Assembly: GCA_965226025.1 (NCBI GenBank) | Contig: CBDDCD010000002.1 | Location: 1,985,828 to 2,049,827, forward strand | DNA: 64,000 nucleotides | Origin: Candidatus Moanibacter sp. | GTDB taxonomy: Bacteria > Verrucomicrobiota > Verrucomicrobiia > Opitutales > UBA2987 | Direction of reading: 5' to 3' | Shown: piece by piece, positions 40,792 through 50,745 of the stretch | How positions within the stretch are numbered: the stretch's first letter is position 1 | How the letters are laid out: every line of letters begins with the position of its first letter | Position numbers and translations under genes: made by a program | Notes under the pieces: generated by a model | What the model was told of the DNA's origin: nothing | What the model saw: only the letters and a program-made list of their open reading frames with translations | Databases searched by the model: none

Positions 40792-42608
40792 GAGGCTGTC
40801 CCAAATCCGAGAGGATTTGGGTGGAAGCCTGATACCGATATCAATCTTCGTCACGTTATGTAGACCACGACATGCCTTCCGTCCTCGGTAGCTTACCTTT
40901 TATCCGTTATGCACCTTTCCAGCACCCTTCCTCTCGCTTTGAGTCGATAGTTCTCCCAAGGAAGCGCCTCTGACTCGATTCTTGGATCCCTATGCCGCCT
41001 GCGTTGCCTCTTTCTCATGTTCTTGCGCAAGTCTCTGCGCGATTTTCCATAGATTGTGGGACAGAACCGACCAGGCCACGCTAAGGTTACGGTTGTCAAA
41101 GCCTTTGCTGCGTATCTTGCCCCCGTGCCATCGGTTCTTGAGCACTCCGATCCGGCCTTCGGTGCTCCCTCGTCGTCGCTGCAACCGGACAAAGCGCGGC
41201 TCCTCCATCCGCTCCTTGAGCTCTTGTGGATTGCGGGGCGTAAGGGCGTCAAAAATCCCCTCTGCCTGGAGCCGCTTGCTGGCCGCCTTCGAGGCATAGC
41301 CCCGATCCCCACTGATCGCTTCGATCTTCTCCTCTAAAGCGAAGCCCTTTTGCCTCTCCAGACTTTCCCAAAGCTGCTTCAATTCGCTCGGGGCCTGCCC
41401 CCCATACAGTTTCCAGTCCAACAGATATCCCTCTGCGCTCTCGCATAAATAAAGGGTGTTGCCAAACTCCACCTCCCGATCTGCCTTGCCTCGCACGATG
41501 ACGTCAATCTCAGGTTCGTAGGCGCTCAGGATCTTCTCCTCATTCTTCACCTGCCGCCCCCCTATGATCCGTTCGTGCGCCTGTTTCATGACCTGCGGTA
41601 TCTGCTCTAACATACCATCCATTCGCTCGATGATTCGGCTCGCCTTCTTCTCGGTGTAATCGCTTTGCATCCACATAGCTTCCAATAAGTCACGGTGGCG
41701 AAGGGCATGGCCCTCAATCTTCTTGAGCAATAGCTTCATCCGCCGCAGGATCCCTTTACGCGCTTTGCCCGCCTCCCGGCGCCGACGCGCATGCGTCATC
41801 TCCAGGCACCGTTTGTTCATCTCCCGAGCCAATCCCTTTGCTCCCTGGGGCATGCGCTGTTTCATTCCCGCCTGCCGGATCAGACTGATCGCCTTGAGCA
41901 GCGTTGCTCCCACATCCTTGAGCAAGACCCAGTCCACGGGCCAGTGGATGTTCGCTTCCAGGCAAGTGGCGTCGATCAGGCATTCCCTCGTATCGATCGG
42001 CTTCTCTAATCCTGCCTCACCACAATGTTCAGCATTGCCCACCACCTCGGTCATCCTTGCATGCAGCTGTCTCAGATACGCTTCGTCGAAGAATTTCGAA
42101 TCCCGTTCCAGACTGCTCTTCGATATTTTCCGGATCCCGTCTACCTCACGCACCCGGCAAAAATTAGCCAGAAGCTCACTGCGTCCCAACTCCTGCGACA
42201 GACAACGAAAGGATATCCCTCCGAGTAAATGACGCACCACCTCCACCCGCAGCGCTTTTATCGCTCTTAGAGCGCGTCGCTCCCGATCCTTCCCTCCCGC
42301 TTCATCCCATCCTTCCAAGGCTTTTACGATCGCCTCCCTTTCCAGCGAGGAGTCGATCAAAACCCGGTCAATCCGCTCCATTGTTTCCAGAAACACGGTG
42401 TAGTCTTTGCATCGAATGACTGGAGTTAGGGCTGGACGCAGGAAGCTTTGTACGGCAATATTTTTCATGAGAAGGGCGTGCTTTGTATTTGACTAACGCA
42501 AGCATAAGCGCCCTTTTTCGCCGGATCGAGCTTTTTGCAGCTCTATCCGGCCTTTTTTTTGCCCATAACTCATTAAAAATCAATTGTTTCCACCACTGGG
42601 ACGGGCTC
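40792..42608 (-). mobile_element. Same IS, copy 3 (1817 bp), intergenic
   Basis: Direct repeat TACACTA at 40785-40791 and 42609-42615. The transposase at 40990-42468 is intact. Confidence 0.95.
40990..42468 (-). CDS. DDE transposase (492 aa)
   Basis: Identical protein to copy 1. Confidence 0.93.
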   Translation of the reverse strand: MKNIAVQSFLRPALTPVIRCKDYTVFLETMERIDRVLIDSSLEREAIVKALEGWDEAGGKDRERRALRAIKALRVEVVRHLLGGISFRCLSQELGRSELLANFCRVREVDGIRKISKSSLERDSKFFDEAYLRQLHARMTEVVGNAEHCGEAGLEKPIDTRECLIDATCLEANIHWPVDWVLLKDVGATLLKAISLIRQAGMKQRMPQGAKGLAREMNKRCLEMTHARRRREAGKARKGILRRMKLLLKKIEGHALRHRDLLEAMWMQSDYTEKKASRIIERMDGMLEQIPQVMKQAHERIIGGRQVKNEEKILSAYEPEIDVIVRGKADREVEFGNTLYLCESAEGYLLDWKLYGGQAPSELKQLWESLERQKGFALEEKIEAISGDRGYASKAASKRLQAEGIFDALTPRNPQELKERMEEPRFVRLQRRRGSTEGRIGVLKNRWHGGKIRSKGFDNRNLSVAWSVLSHNLWKIAQRLAQEHEKEATQAA

Positions 42609-43016
42609 TACACTAAACACGAAAGCGGGCCAGCCAGTTTGCCGGGAGGCAGAGTGAGTCTCAATCGAATCAGGCGAGAGGTCCCGTGCGGTCTGCTCTA
42701 TGCCAGTTTGACGCCCGGTGGGCTCCCAAGTGGTGGAAGAGCCGTTTGAGGAAAAAACTGATGCAGACCAGCTGTAGCTCGCTCGGTGACGAGCGGGACA
42801 CTCCGGAACTCAGTTTTGACGTCGATTGATCCGTCTCCGCGCGAGCGCTCCGCCGTGACATGTCCGGCATGCTAGACAACTCGAGCAGCGGTGGGCCGTG
42901 ACCTCCGGGCGCGGCAGTAACCTCGATGATCCATCCTAACTCGTTCCGCGTCCGGAGGCCACGGACCACCTTTTTGACCGCGTCCGGCGCGGAAGGCGGC
43001 TCCGCTGACCTCTGTA

Positions 43017-43289
43017 TTGACGAAATTCGTAACAAATCTTGGAATCGACTTCATGTCTGACCTAGAGATCAAGTTAGCTGAATCAAGAGTCATATACTCT
43101 ACTAAAGAGCTGGAAGAGGATTTTCCGGATTTCAAACCGGAGCCTGGTAAGCGCGACCCGGAGGATGTCATTCGAGATGTTCTCCCGATTGGACCGATGC
43201 AGATGCATTCCCTGATGGATCTTCCGAATGGTGATTTACTTCCTCACTTCGATACAAGAAAAGGGCCCAATGAGTTATCCGAGCCGTAG
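43017..43289 (+). CDS. Short hypothetical protein or remnant
   Basis: Protein-like composition after ATG 43053 (MSDLEIKLAESR...). No recognisable motif. Confidence 0.3.
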   Translation: MTKFVTNLGIDFMSDLEIKLAESRVIYSTKELEEDFPDFKPEPGKRDPEDVIRDVLPIGPMQMHSLMDLPNGDLLPHFDTRKGPNELSEP

Positions 43290-44080
43290 AGGCAGAGCTT
43301 TCAAACTGATAGACCCGTCTCGTCCAGCGGGGGCACCGTGATCCAGCGGATGAAAAGCAACGCGTTCTGCCGCGTGGTTGGAGGGGCGAGGGCCCTCGAG
43401 CCCCTTGCCTTATCTAGCCTGTCCTAAGTGCTGCTGTTCACAATTACGGTGACGTTTGTGGGAGCGCCATTGGGGGTAGTGCAAGGCACCCGAACGCGGA
43501 TGGGTCGGGAACCCCCTCCGCGTTTGGGCAACGCCGCAATACCCCCAATGCCGCCCCACCGCTTTGCGGCCTGGCGCTTTTGGCCTTGAGCGGCGTTCGC
43601 TTTGAGTGTCAGGGTCTTAAACCCAGCCCACTCAAAGCCGCCTTGCTCAAGGTCAAAATCGCCTAGGCAAACGTCACCGTAATTGTGAACAGCAGCACTA
43701 AGCCCGCCGAAGGGCATGGGCATTGAAGTTCCAAATCAGCGCGACCGGATCGGATTCCCTTCCGCCTCGGCGATCCAGTGGAGGTGGCAGGAGGGAGCAT
43801 CTTCAGGGTAATTGAACATCCTCACGTGGTTGCTGCGAATGATGGCCGCCTCTCTGCGCCCCACGGAACCAGGTCGCTGCACCAACATTCCGCCTTCCCC
43901 TTCGCAAGCAACCTCCGTCGCAAGCATCGCTTGCTTTGGAGGTCAAGAGCTTGCTACATTCCAGCCGTAAGTTGGTGAGCGCCAAATTCGGCAAAGCAAC
44001 TTCAGATGAATTAGCTGTGGGCCACCCGGTCCCTACGGCCCTTTGGTGAATCGGGTGGTTCCTACGGAAAAGAGGTAAAT

Positions 44081-45436
44081 ATGTTGAAAGAAGCGTTGAG
44101 GGTGTCGGTGGAGGATCTGGTGGCTGAGTTTGTGGAGGGGAATCCGCGCTCGCGGGAGATGTTTGAGCGGGCTAAGAAGTCGTTGCCGGGCGGCAATACC
44201 CGAACCGGGGTCTACGTAGATCCCTTTCCCATCTATATCGAGCGCGGCGAGGGACCTTATTTGATCGATCTGGACGGGCATAGTCTGGTCGACTTTGTCA
44301 ACAACAATACGGCTCTGATTCTGGGGCATGCCCACCCTGCTGTAGTCGAGGCATTGCAGGAGCAGATAGCCAGGGGGACGGCCTTCTCTCGACCCACGCC
44401 GCTTGAGGTGGAGATGGCCGAGCTGCTGAGAGAGCGCATGCCCTCCCTGGAGCGCATTCGTTTTTGTAGTTCGGGGTCTGAGGCTGTGTTGAATGCGTTC
44501 AGGGCGGCCCGGGCTTTTACGGGCAAGGGAAAGATCGCCAAATTCGAAGGGGCCTACCACGGCATGGATGCACATGCTATGGTCAGCCATGTGCCGCCGC
44601 TGGGGCCGGATTTGGGGTCGTCTGAACGTCCGCAACCGGTGCCTTCCTCAGCGGGATTGCCGCCAGACATTGCAGAGGAAGTGGTGGTGCTGCCCTTTAA
44701 CGACGCCGAGGCGTGCGCCCAGATTATCGCGGCGCAGGCCGACGAGCTGGCGGCTGTGATAGTGGATCCGCTATCTACAGGTGCGGGGATGGCCCTGCCC
44801 GTGGATGGCTTTCTCACCCGGCTTAGAGAGATCACCAAAGGCGCTGGTGTGCTGCTGATTTTCGACGAGATTATCAGCTTTAGGGCGGCGCGCGGTGGAG
44901 CGCAGGAGCTCTTTGGGGTGCGGCCCGATCTCACCAGCCTGGGCAAGGTGGTGGCGGGAGGGACGGCCGGCAGTGTGGTGGGGGGCAGGGCCGATATTAT
45001 GGAGTTGTACGATCCCACCTCGGGAGCGGCTAAGATTCCGCACTCGGGGACCTATAATGCATGGCCCATCGCCATGGTTGCCGGGCTGGTCACGCTGCGG
45101 CAGCTGACGCCGGAGGTTTACGAGAAGCTAGGGGCGTCGACGCAGCGAATCGGGGCGGAACTGAATGCCGCGTTTGCAGAGGCCGGGGTAGAGGCCAGGG
45201 TGGTGGTGGTGGGCTCGCTCTTCCGGGTCCACTTTCTGTCTTCTCTGCCATCAAACTACCGCGAGGCGGCTGCAGGGAACAAGGCTATGCAAAGATGGCT
45301 CTTCTTCTGGCTCCTCAACCACGGGATTCACTGGGCTGAACACGGGAATGTGTCCCTTGCCATGAAGGAGGAGCACGTCGATCGGTTTCTCTCCACGGTT
45401 AAGGAGGGGTTGCCGTATTTGCGGGAGGTGCAATGA
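44081..45436 (+). CDS. Class III PLP aminotransferase, glutamate-1-semialdehyde aminomutase-like
   Basis: GPYLIDLDG..LVDF...ALILGHAHP, SGSEAV..A.R.ARAFTG, KFEGAYHG, LLIFDEI and PDLTSLGK (PLP lysine). Confidence 0.9.
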   Translation: MLKEALRVSVEDLVAEFVEGNPRSREMFERAKKSLPGGNTRTGVYVDPFPIYIERGEGPYLIDLDGHSLVDFVNNNTALILGHAHPAVVEALQEQIARGTAFSRPTPLEVEMAELLRERMPSLERIRFCSSGSEAVLNAFRAARAFTGKGKIAKFEGAYHGMDAHAMVSHVPPLGPDLGSSERPQPVPSSAGLPPDIAEEVVVLPFNDAEACAQIIAAQADELAAVIVDPLSTGAGMALPVDGFLTRLREITKGAGVLLIFDEIISFRAARGGAQELFGVRPDLTSLGKVVAGGTAGSVVGGRADIMELYDPTSGAAKIPHSGTYNAWPIAMVAGLVTLRQLTPEVYEKLGASTQRIGAELNAAFAEAGVEARVVVVGSLFRVHFLSSLPSNYREAAAGNKAMQRWLFFWLLNHGIHWAEHGNVSLAMKEEHVDRFLSTVKEGLPYLREVQ

Positions 45437-45533
45437 ATGAAGGGAAATTGCTTTTTCGCGGCGAAGCCGCTGTGGTGGGGATTTTAGATTGGGGCTTAGT
45501 ACGAGAACGTTGGAGACGACAAGGAGGACAAAA

Positions 45534-46388
45534 TTGAACGGACAAACGCTGCGCATCCTAACCGTATCTGCCCACCCTCATGACTGGACGTGGTTTGCCG
45601 GGACTTTGGGAATCCACGCGGAAATCGGAGATCAAGTGACCGTGTGCATCGTGACTCATGGGGGCACGACCCATCGAGAACTCTATCTGGACGAACTGAG
45701 GAAGCCGGAAGGGGAACGCGATCCGGCCATAGTCAACGAGTCGGCCGAAAGTTACGTCGAACAGAAGGCCGAGGAGATGCGTAAGGCCGCCGCTTTGTTC
45801 GGTATCAGCGATGTCCGCATGCTCAACTTTCCAGACAAACCATTTCTCCTCCAAGATTATCCGGAAGCGATCGACCAGATTGCAGATCTCATTCGGGAAG
45901 TGCGTCCTCACATCTTGATCGCAGAGTCCCCCTTCACCGACGACTTGAGACCCATAAGTCATCGCGCCGACCACACCGAAGTCGGAAGAGCAGCCATAGA
46001 AGCCAAAATGAGGGCGGCACACCCACGGGTCGGGATAGCGCGATCGCCTCACAATATCGCGGTTACCTATTGGCCGGGTGATGCGTTTGACCGGGCCGAT
46101 CTGGATTTCGTCGTCGAGCTGTCAGAAGAATGGTTCGAAAAGCGCGTGCAGGCAGAGGCGATTTACGAATCACAGGGCCATGACAGCGAGGGGGCTCGCA
46201 GTCGCTTGATGGTCGATATCGGCCAGATGGGCAGGCGACTGCGAACGGGTTATGGAGAGGGATTCGTTCGCGAGCATCCGGACCTGTTGGCTCGCTTGCC
46301 GGCGCCGGAGCTCATGATCGAGCAAGCCGAGGAAGATTATGCGGCGCGCAAGCGCCGTCTCGCCGGCAAGGCCGGCTCTCACCAATGA
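45534..46388 (+). CDS. PIG-L/LmbE family deacetylase-like protein with a variant metal motif
   Basis: AAGGAGG RBS precedes TTG 45534. Motifs SAHPHDW (family norm AHPDD), THGG, E...AAALFGI, IREVRPHIL, HRADH and FVVEL...FEKRV.A...YESQ. Confidence 0.8.
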   Translation: MNGQTLRILTVSAHPHDWTWFAGTLGIHAEIGDQVTVCIVTHGGTTHRELYLDELRKPEGERDPAIVNESAESYVEQKAEEMRKAAALFGISDVRMLNFPDKPFLLQDYPEAIDQIADLIREVRPHILIAESPFTDDLRPISHRADHTEVGRAAIEAKMRAAHPRVGIARSPHNIAVTYWPGDAFDRADLDFVVELSEEWFEKRVQAEAIYESQGHDSEGARSRLMVDIGQMGRRLRTGYGEGFVREHPDLLARLPAPELMIEQAEEDYAARKRRLAGKAGSHQ

Positions 46389-46410
46389 ATGGTAGGAAAT
46401 TGCTCTCTGA

Positions 46411-46791
46411 CCTCTGGCACGTGCGTCGGGTGAGGATGGTGGCCTGGCGGCTGGGGATCCTTCGTCGTCTCAAACCTGGTTTGGGTTTAGTGGCCAGATC
46501 GAGCCATTTCAACCGCCTTCGTTAGACCCCGACGAGGTCTTCAAGATGTGGTTCCAGGTTGAGGTCGATCCGGCTGAGCTATCGCTTCTCCTTGAGAATC
46601 AGGTCAATTTCGCGGGGGGTGTTCTTAACGACTCGCAACACCCTATCACGTATGGGACGGCTCTCGATCCCATTCTTGGTAACGGCAAAGAACACATAAT
46701 TCCTGAGCCTTCCAGCCTGTTGCTCTTAGGCGTGGCGTTAGGGAGCCTGCTCATCGGCAGGAAGGTTCATTCACGCTGGCGCAAGGGGTAG
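46411..46791 (+). pseudogene. 5'-truncated PEP-CTERM surface protein remnant
   Basis: C-terminal IPEPSSLLLLGVALGSLLIGRKVHSRWRKG (PEP, TM helix, basic tail). The frame is open back to a stop at 46408, with no signal peptide. Confidence 0.75.
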
Positions 46792-47368
46792 GAACGTTGC
46801 TGAAACCGTAACCTCACCTTGGGAGGAAAGGTCTTACCGCTGCATTTTTACAACGGAGGTTCTGATTCTCCCAACCTAACATGAAAACGTGCCGTATTTT
46901 TCACAACGTCCTGAAGGGCTGTGGGGAATAAGGCATTTTTTTGGAAGTATCAACCTTCGGAAGGTTGATACAGTTCAACCGATCGCCATTGGAGTGACTT
47001 CTCGCTTCAACACCGGTCATGATTTGGTCTGCGAACCTTGGGAAGGTTTCAATTTCCGCTCCCCACACGCAGAGAGGACTCATTCATGGCAAGTCAACGC
47101 CTACATTTCCTCGAACAGGCGAGTTTTCCTTAAACTCGCAGTCTGGGTCATCACGCTTGGCTTGATGGCTTCTCCATTTCCTGCGCTGTCTGCTTTGCTG
47201 ACGACACCTGAGCAATTAGTGCAGGACTTGATCACCGGCGTGGGAGATGCCGAATCTCCCCTAACCCAAACTGCGTACTGAAGGGCGGAAAGCACTGAAC
47301 TTAGAGACGTTATTATTCGTAAGTCGTTGATGAGCAATGAAGGTTTGTCCTGTATTGATCGTGTAGGG

Positions 47369-49424
47369 ACTATAAGTTTCAGTAGTTCTTGACTCTCCCT
47401 ATCTGCCCGCCCAGACTGGCGGGATATGTTTTTCCGTCTGAAGCATTCCAAGAGCGGCCAGGTCCTCCAACTGCTTGAATCTTACCGCAACAGCGAAGGT
47501 AAACCGCGACAGCGAGTGGTGGTCTCCCTGGGCGATGGGGCCATCAGTCGACCGGACTTTGGACCCATTGCCAAGGCGGTGCAAAAGCAGCTCTACGGGA
47601 TCGAGGAACTTCTGGCCCCTGAGTATACGCGTCGACAGCAGAACTGGATTGAACTGATCCTGCGGCGGATTGATGGGGAGGGGCGGTGGCGAGGACTGCG
47701 CCAAAAGGCCGAGGCTTTTGCAGAGCAGCAGAACGCAATTGATGGGGTCTTGGCCGATAAAGTGGAGCATAGCGCCGCGGGAGTTTTATTGGGACCGATT
47801 CTGCTGGGGCTTAAGGGGTGGGAAAAGCTGAGGATGGATGAAGCCTTGCAGGAGGTGGGCTTGAACCGGGCGCAAAGGGATGCGGCTAAGGTATCGGTGA
47901 TCAACCGGCTGGTGGATCCAGTGCCTGAGAACGCCTTGCCCCAGTGGGCCAGGCAGAGTGCCCTGGGAGATCTTCTGGGAGTGGCGGCGGTGAAGTCGGA
48001 TCGGCATCGCTACTACCGGGTGAGCGATCGGTTGGTGGAGAACCGCGAAAGGATCGAAGAGCATATGCGCGAGCGCCAGGGGGAACTGTTCAGTTTGGAT
48101 CGGACGGTACTACTGTATGATCTTACCAATACGCACTTCGAAGGGGTGGGTGCGAGCAACGGCAAAGCGAAACGGGGAAAGAACAAACAGAAACGCCACG
48201 ATTGTGTTCAGATTGTGGTGGGGATGGTGTTCGATACCGAAGGCTTTGAGTTGGGACATCGGATATTTGCGGGCAACCGCCATGACGCGACGACCCTGTT
48301 GGAGATGATCGCTGAATTGGAGAAAGCGGTGGGGGCCCAGGGCGAGCGTGAGAAGACCCTCATCATCATGGATGGAGGGATCGCGAGCCGGGAGAATGTG
48401 CAACTGTTGCGCGAGGAGGGATTCGGCTACCTGGTCAACCAGAGCCGCCGGGGGCGTAAGGCTTATCTTGCAGAGTTCCAGGAGGCTTCCGGTTTCGAAA
48501 AGGTAGAGGGGAGGGATTGGGACCGGGAAGTGAAGGTGAAGTGGATAAAAGAGCAGGTGGGAGAAGAAAATGAGAGTGAAGGGGACCAGGAGACAACGCA
48601 GGAGGAGTCGAGGCAAGCAGGCGAGGAGTATGTGCTGTTGTGTCAGAGCGTGCGCAGGCGGGCCAAGGAAGAGGCGATTTATTCAGGGGCCGAAGAGCGC
48701 TTTATGAAGGCGCTCGAGGGGCTTCAGAAAAGGGTCGATCAAGGCCATTTAAAGGAGCCCGCAAAAATCCATACCGCGATCGGGCGCTTACAGGGGCAAC
48801 ATTCCCGAGTGCAGCGCTTCTATTCTATTGAACTGGTCGAAGCCGCCAAGGGCTCTAAAGAGAAAAAGTGCGGCCTTTGCTGGACTCGAAGGGACCAGGC
48901 CTGTGATGAGAATGCTCAACTGTTGGGCTGCTCTGTGCTGCGCACCAATCGGCACAACTTCAGCGGGGCCCAGCTGTGGCGCCTCTACATGACTTTGACC
49001 CGGGCCGAAGACGGCTTCAAAGCGCTCAAGAGCGACTTGGGCCTCAGACCCAACCACCACCAGATTGAACCGCGCGTTGAGGGCCACGTCTTTATCACCA
49101 TTTTGGCCTACCAGCTTTTGCGCTTTATCGAATACACCTTGGAGCGGCACGGGGACACCCGCTCCTGGCAGACCATCAAGCGGGTCCTCCAAACCCATAC
49201 CTATGCCACTGTCATATTGCCCACTCGACAGGGAGAAGTCTATCGTCTGCGCAAAGCGGGCATTCCCGAACAGAGCCACAAGCAGATTTACAATCTCTTC
49301 CAGATCCAATGGAAGAAATTGCCCGTTAAGAAGAGTATGAGCAAAATAAAAATCGAACCGATTTTGTAGTGCCTTTCAAAAACGCGTGTTGATTATCAAG
49401 GACTTAACTTATAAAGTGCGAAAC
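47369..49424 (+). mobile_element. IS1634-family insertion sequence (boundaries approximate)
   Basis: Encodes a 647-aa transposase. Candidate 5-bp direct repeat TAGGG at 47364-47368 and 49425-49429. Terminal inverted repeats are not clearly resolved. Confidence 0.8.
47426..49369 (+). CDS. IS1634 family transposase
   Basis: N-terminal LQLLESYRN..GKPRQRVV.SLG, LYDLTNTHFEG, G.NKQKRHDC.QIVVG, MDGGI and Y..L.RAEDGFKALKSDLGLRP..HQ...RVEGH.FI..LAY. Confidence 0.92.
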   Translation: MFFRLKHSKSGQVLQLLESYRNSEGKPRQRVVVSLGDGAISRPDFGPIAKAVQKQLYGIEELLAPEYTRRQQNWIELILRRIDGEGRWRGLRQKAEAFAEQQNAIDGVLADKVEHSAAGVLLGPILLGLKGWEKLRMDEALQEVGLNRAQRDAAKVSVINRLVDPVPENALPQWARQSALGDLLGVAAVKSDRHRYYRVSDRLVENRERIEEHMRERQGELFSLDRTVLLYDLTNTHFEGVGASNGKAKRGKNKQKRHDCVQIVVGMVFDTEGFELGHRIFAGNRHDATTLLEMIAELEKAVGAQGEREKTLIIMDGGIASRENVQLLREEGFGYLVNQSRRGRKAYLAEFQEASGFEKVEGRDWDREVKVKWIKEQVGEENESEGDQETTQEESRQAGEEYVLLCQSVRRRAKEEAIYSGAEERFMKALEGLQKRVDQGHLKEPAKIHTAIGRLQGQHSRVQRFYSIELVEAAKGSKEKKCGLCWTRRDQACDENAQLLGCSVLRTNRHNFSGAQLWRLYMTLTRAEDGFKALKSDLGLRPNHHQIEPRVEGHVFITILAYQLLRFIEYTLERHGDTRSWQTIKRVLQTHTYATVILPTRQGEVYRLRKAGIPEQSHKQIYNLFQIQWKKLPVKKSMSKIKIEPIL

Positions 49425-50745
49425 TAGGGCTAGCCTCTGCCCTCAGCGCGGTCACTTCAAACATACGCTTGCAGCGCTACGACCAGGCAATCGTAGCGTT
49501 GAAGTCCCTGACTGACCAATATCCCAATGAGATGAATGTCTGGTACCTGCTCGCGGTGGCGCATTACGGGCAGAATCAACTGACCGAGGCTCTGGCAGCT
49601 ACGGATCGGTGCATCAAAATCAATCCCAGGTTTCAGGTTGGATACTGGCTTAAAGGCATTGTATTGGCTGTACAGTCCAAGCTCTCCGATGCCTTACGCG
49701 CCTATGATCGAGCCGTCCAAGTGGCACCGACGAAACCCGGCGGCTATTTCCAGCGAGGTCGGTTTCTGGTCATGTATCGTTCTGGGGATGAGGCGCTCCT
49801 GACCACTGCTGTAGAAGACTTAAAGAGATCTCTGGCACTCGGCGCGCCTTCCGACATGGCGCATGGATTCCTCGGCTTGGCATACCGCAAATTAGGCAAT
49901 CCGCACCAGGCGGTCCATCATTTCCGTTTGGTTTTGGATCGCGCGCCCGACAGTCTTGATGCTGTCAAAGAACTCGTATCACTGTACCAGGAGTTGGGAC
50001 AGCCCGAAAAAACGGAGGAAGTCCTCGCCATTGCCCGTGGTAGCATTTCTTCGAGCGAACCGGATGAGATTGCTGAGTTGTCCTTGATTGAGGCGCATCA
50101 CGCGATCGCGGTGGGGGCCGCCCCGAAAGATGTGGAGAGCCATTTCCGTAACGCGATAGCTGCGCAACCGGATCCGGATGAAACACGCCTCGAATATGCG
50201 CGTTGGTTGGAAACGGTGGGGCGCAATGCCGATGCTGTCCCGGTGTTGACAGGGGGACTGAAACGACCGCCCTACAATCCAGACCTCGCTGCGCAGTTAG
50301 CCTGGGCGCTCGCTGATTCTGGCGTCGATCTCGATCAAGCGCGTCATTGGTATGAAGTGGCACGCCAACACCATCCTCAAAACCCATATCTCTCCGATAC
50401 GGGAGCGTGGATTGAGTATCGAAAGGGCAATTACACGGCGGCTCTTGATGCACTCCAACCAGGCCTTCCTTACGCAGAGCAAGTTCCGGAGATTGCTTAC
50501 CATGCTGGGGCGATTCATCCGAAACTTGGTAATCGTCCGGAAGCCCTCCATTTTCTCCGTCTTTCGCTTCAAATCGGTCGCCCCTTCAATGGCCAGGAGG
50601 CGGCAAAGGCCTTGCTAGAGAGCATGAAATAGGATGTTTCTAGTCAGGCTTCGTATTTAAGTCCGAGTATTTTCGCATAAGGGCGAATGGGGGCACAATC
50701 TCGGCCGAAGCGCTCCGAGGAAGGGATGGAGACGCGGCGACGGGG

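Larger units (their letters stand above)
46889..50632 (+). pseudogene. Secreted TPR-repeat protein gene with an in-frame TGA and an IS1634 insertion
   Basis: Signal-like segment RRVFLKLAVWVITLGLMASPFPALSA, then TGA at 47279-47281. The same frame continues to ...CIDRVG. Removing the IS and one TAGGG rejoins it in frame to LASALSAVTSNIRLQRYDQA and the TPR repeats (49430-50632). Confidence 0.7.

Noticed and set aside
42616-44080. Short ORFs between IS copy 3 and the aminotransferase
   Set aside because: No recognisable motifs in any frame I translated. Probably remnants; left unassigned apart from one low-confidence ORF.
46414-46430. TGGCAC as a sigma-54 promoter for the PEP-CTERM gene
   Set aside because: There is no TTGC at the -12 position.
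47279-47281. In-frame TGA as selenocysteine or recoding
   Set aside because: It is not in a redox motif and no SECIS-like hairpin is evident. The gene is also IS-disrupted, so a nonsense mutation is simpler.
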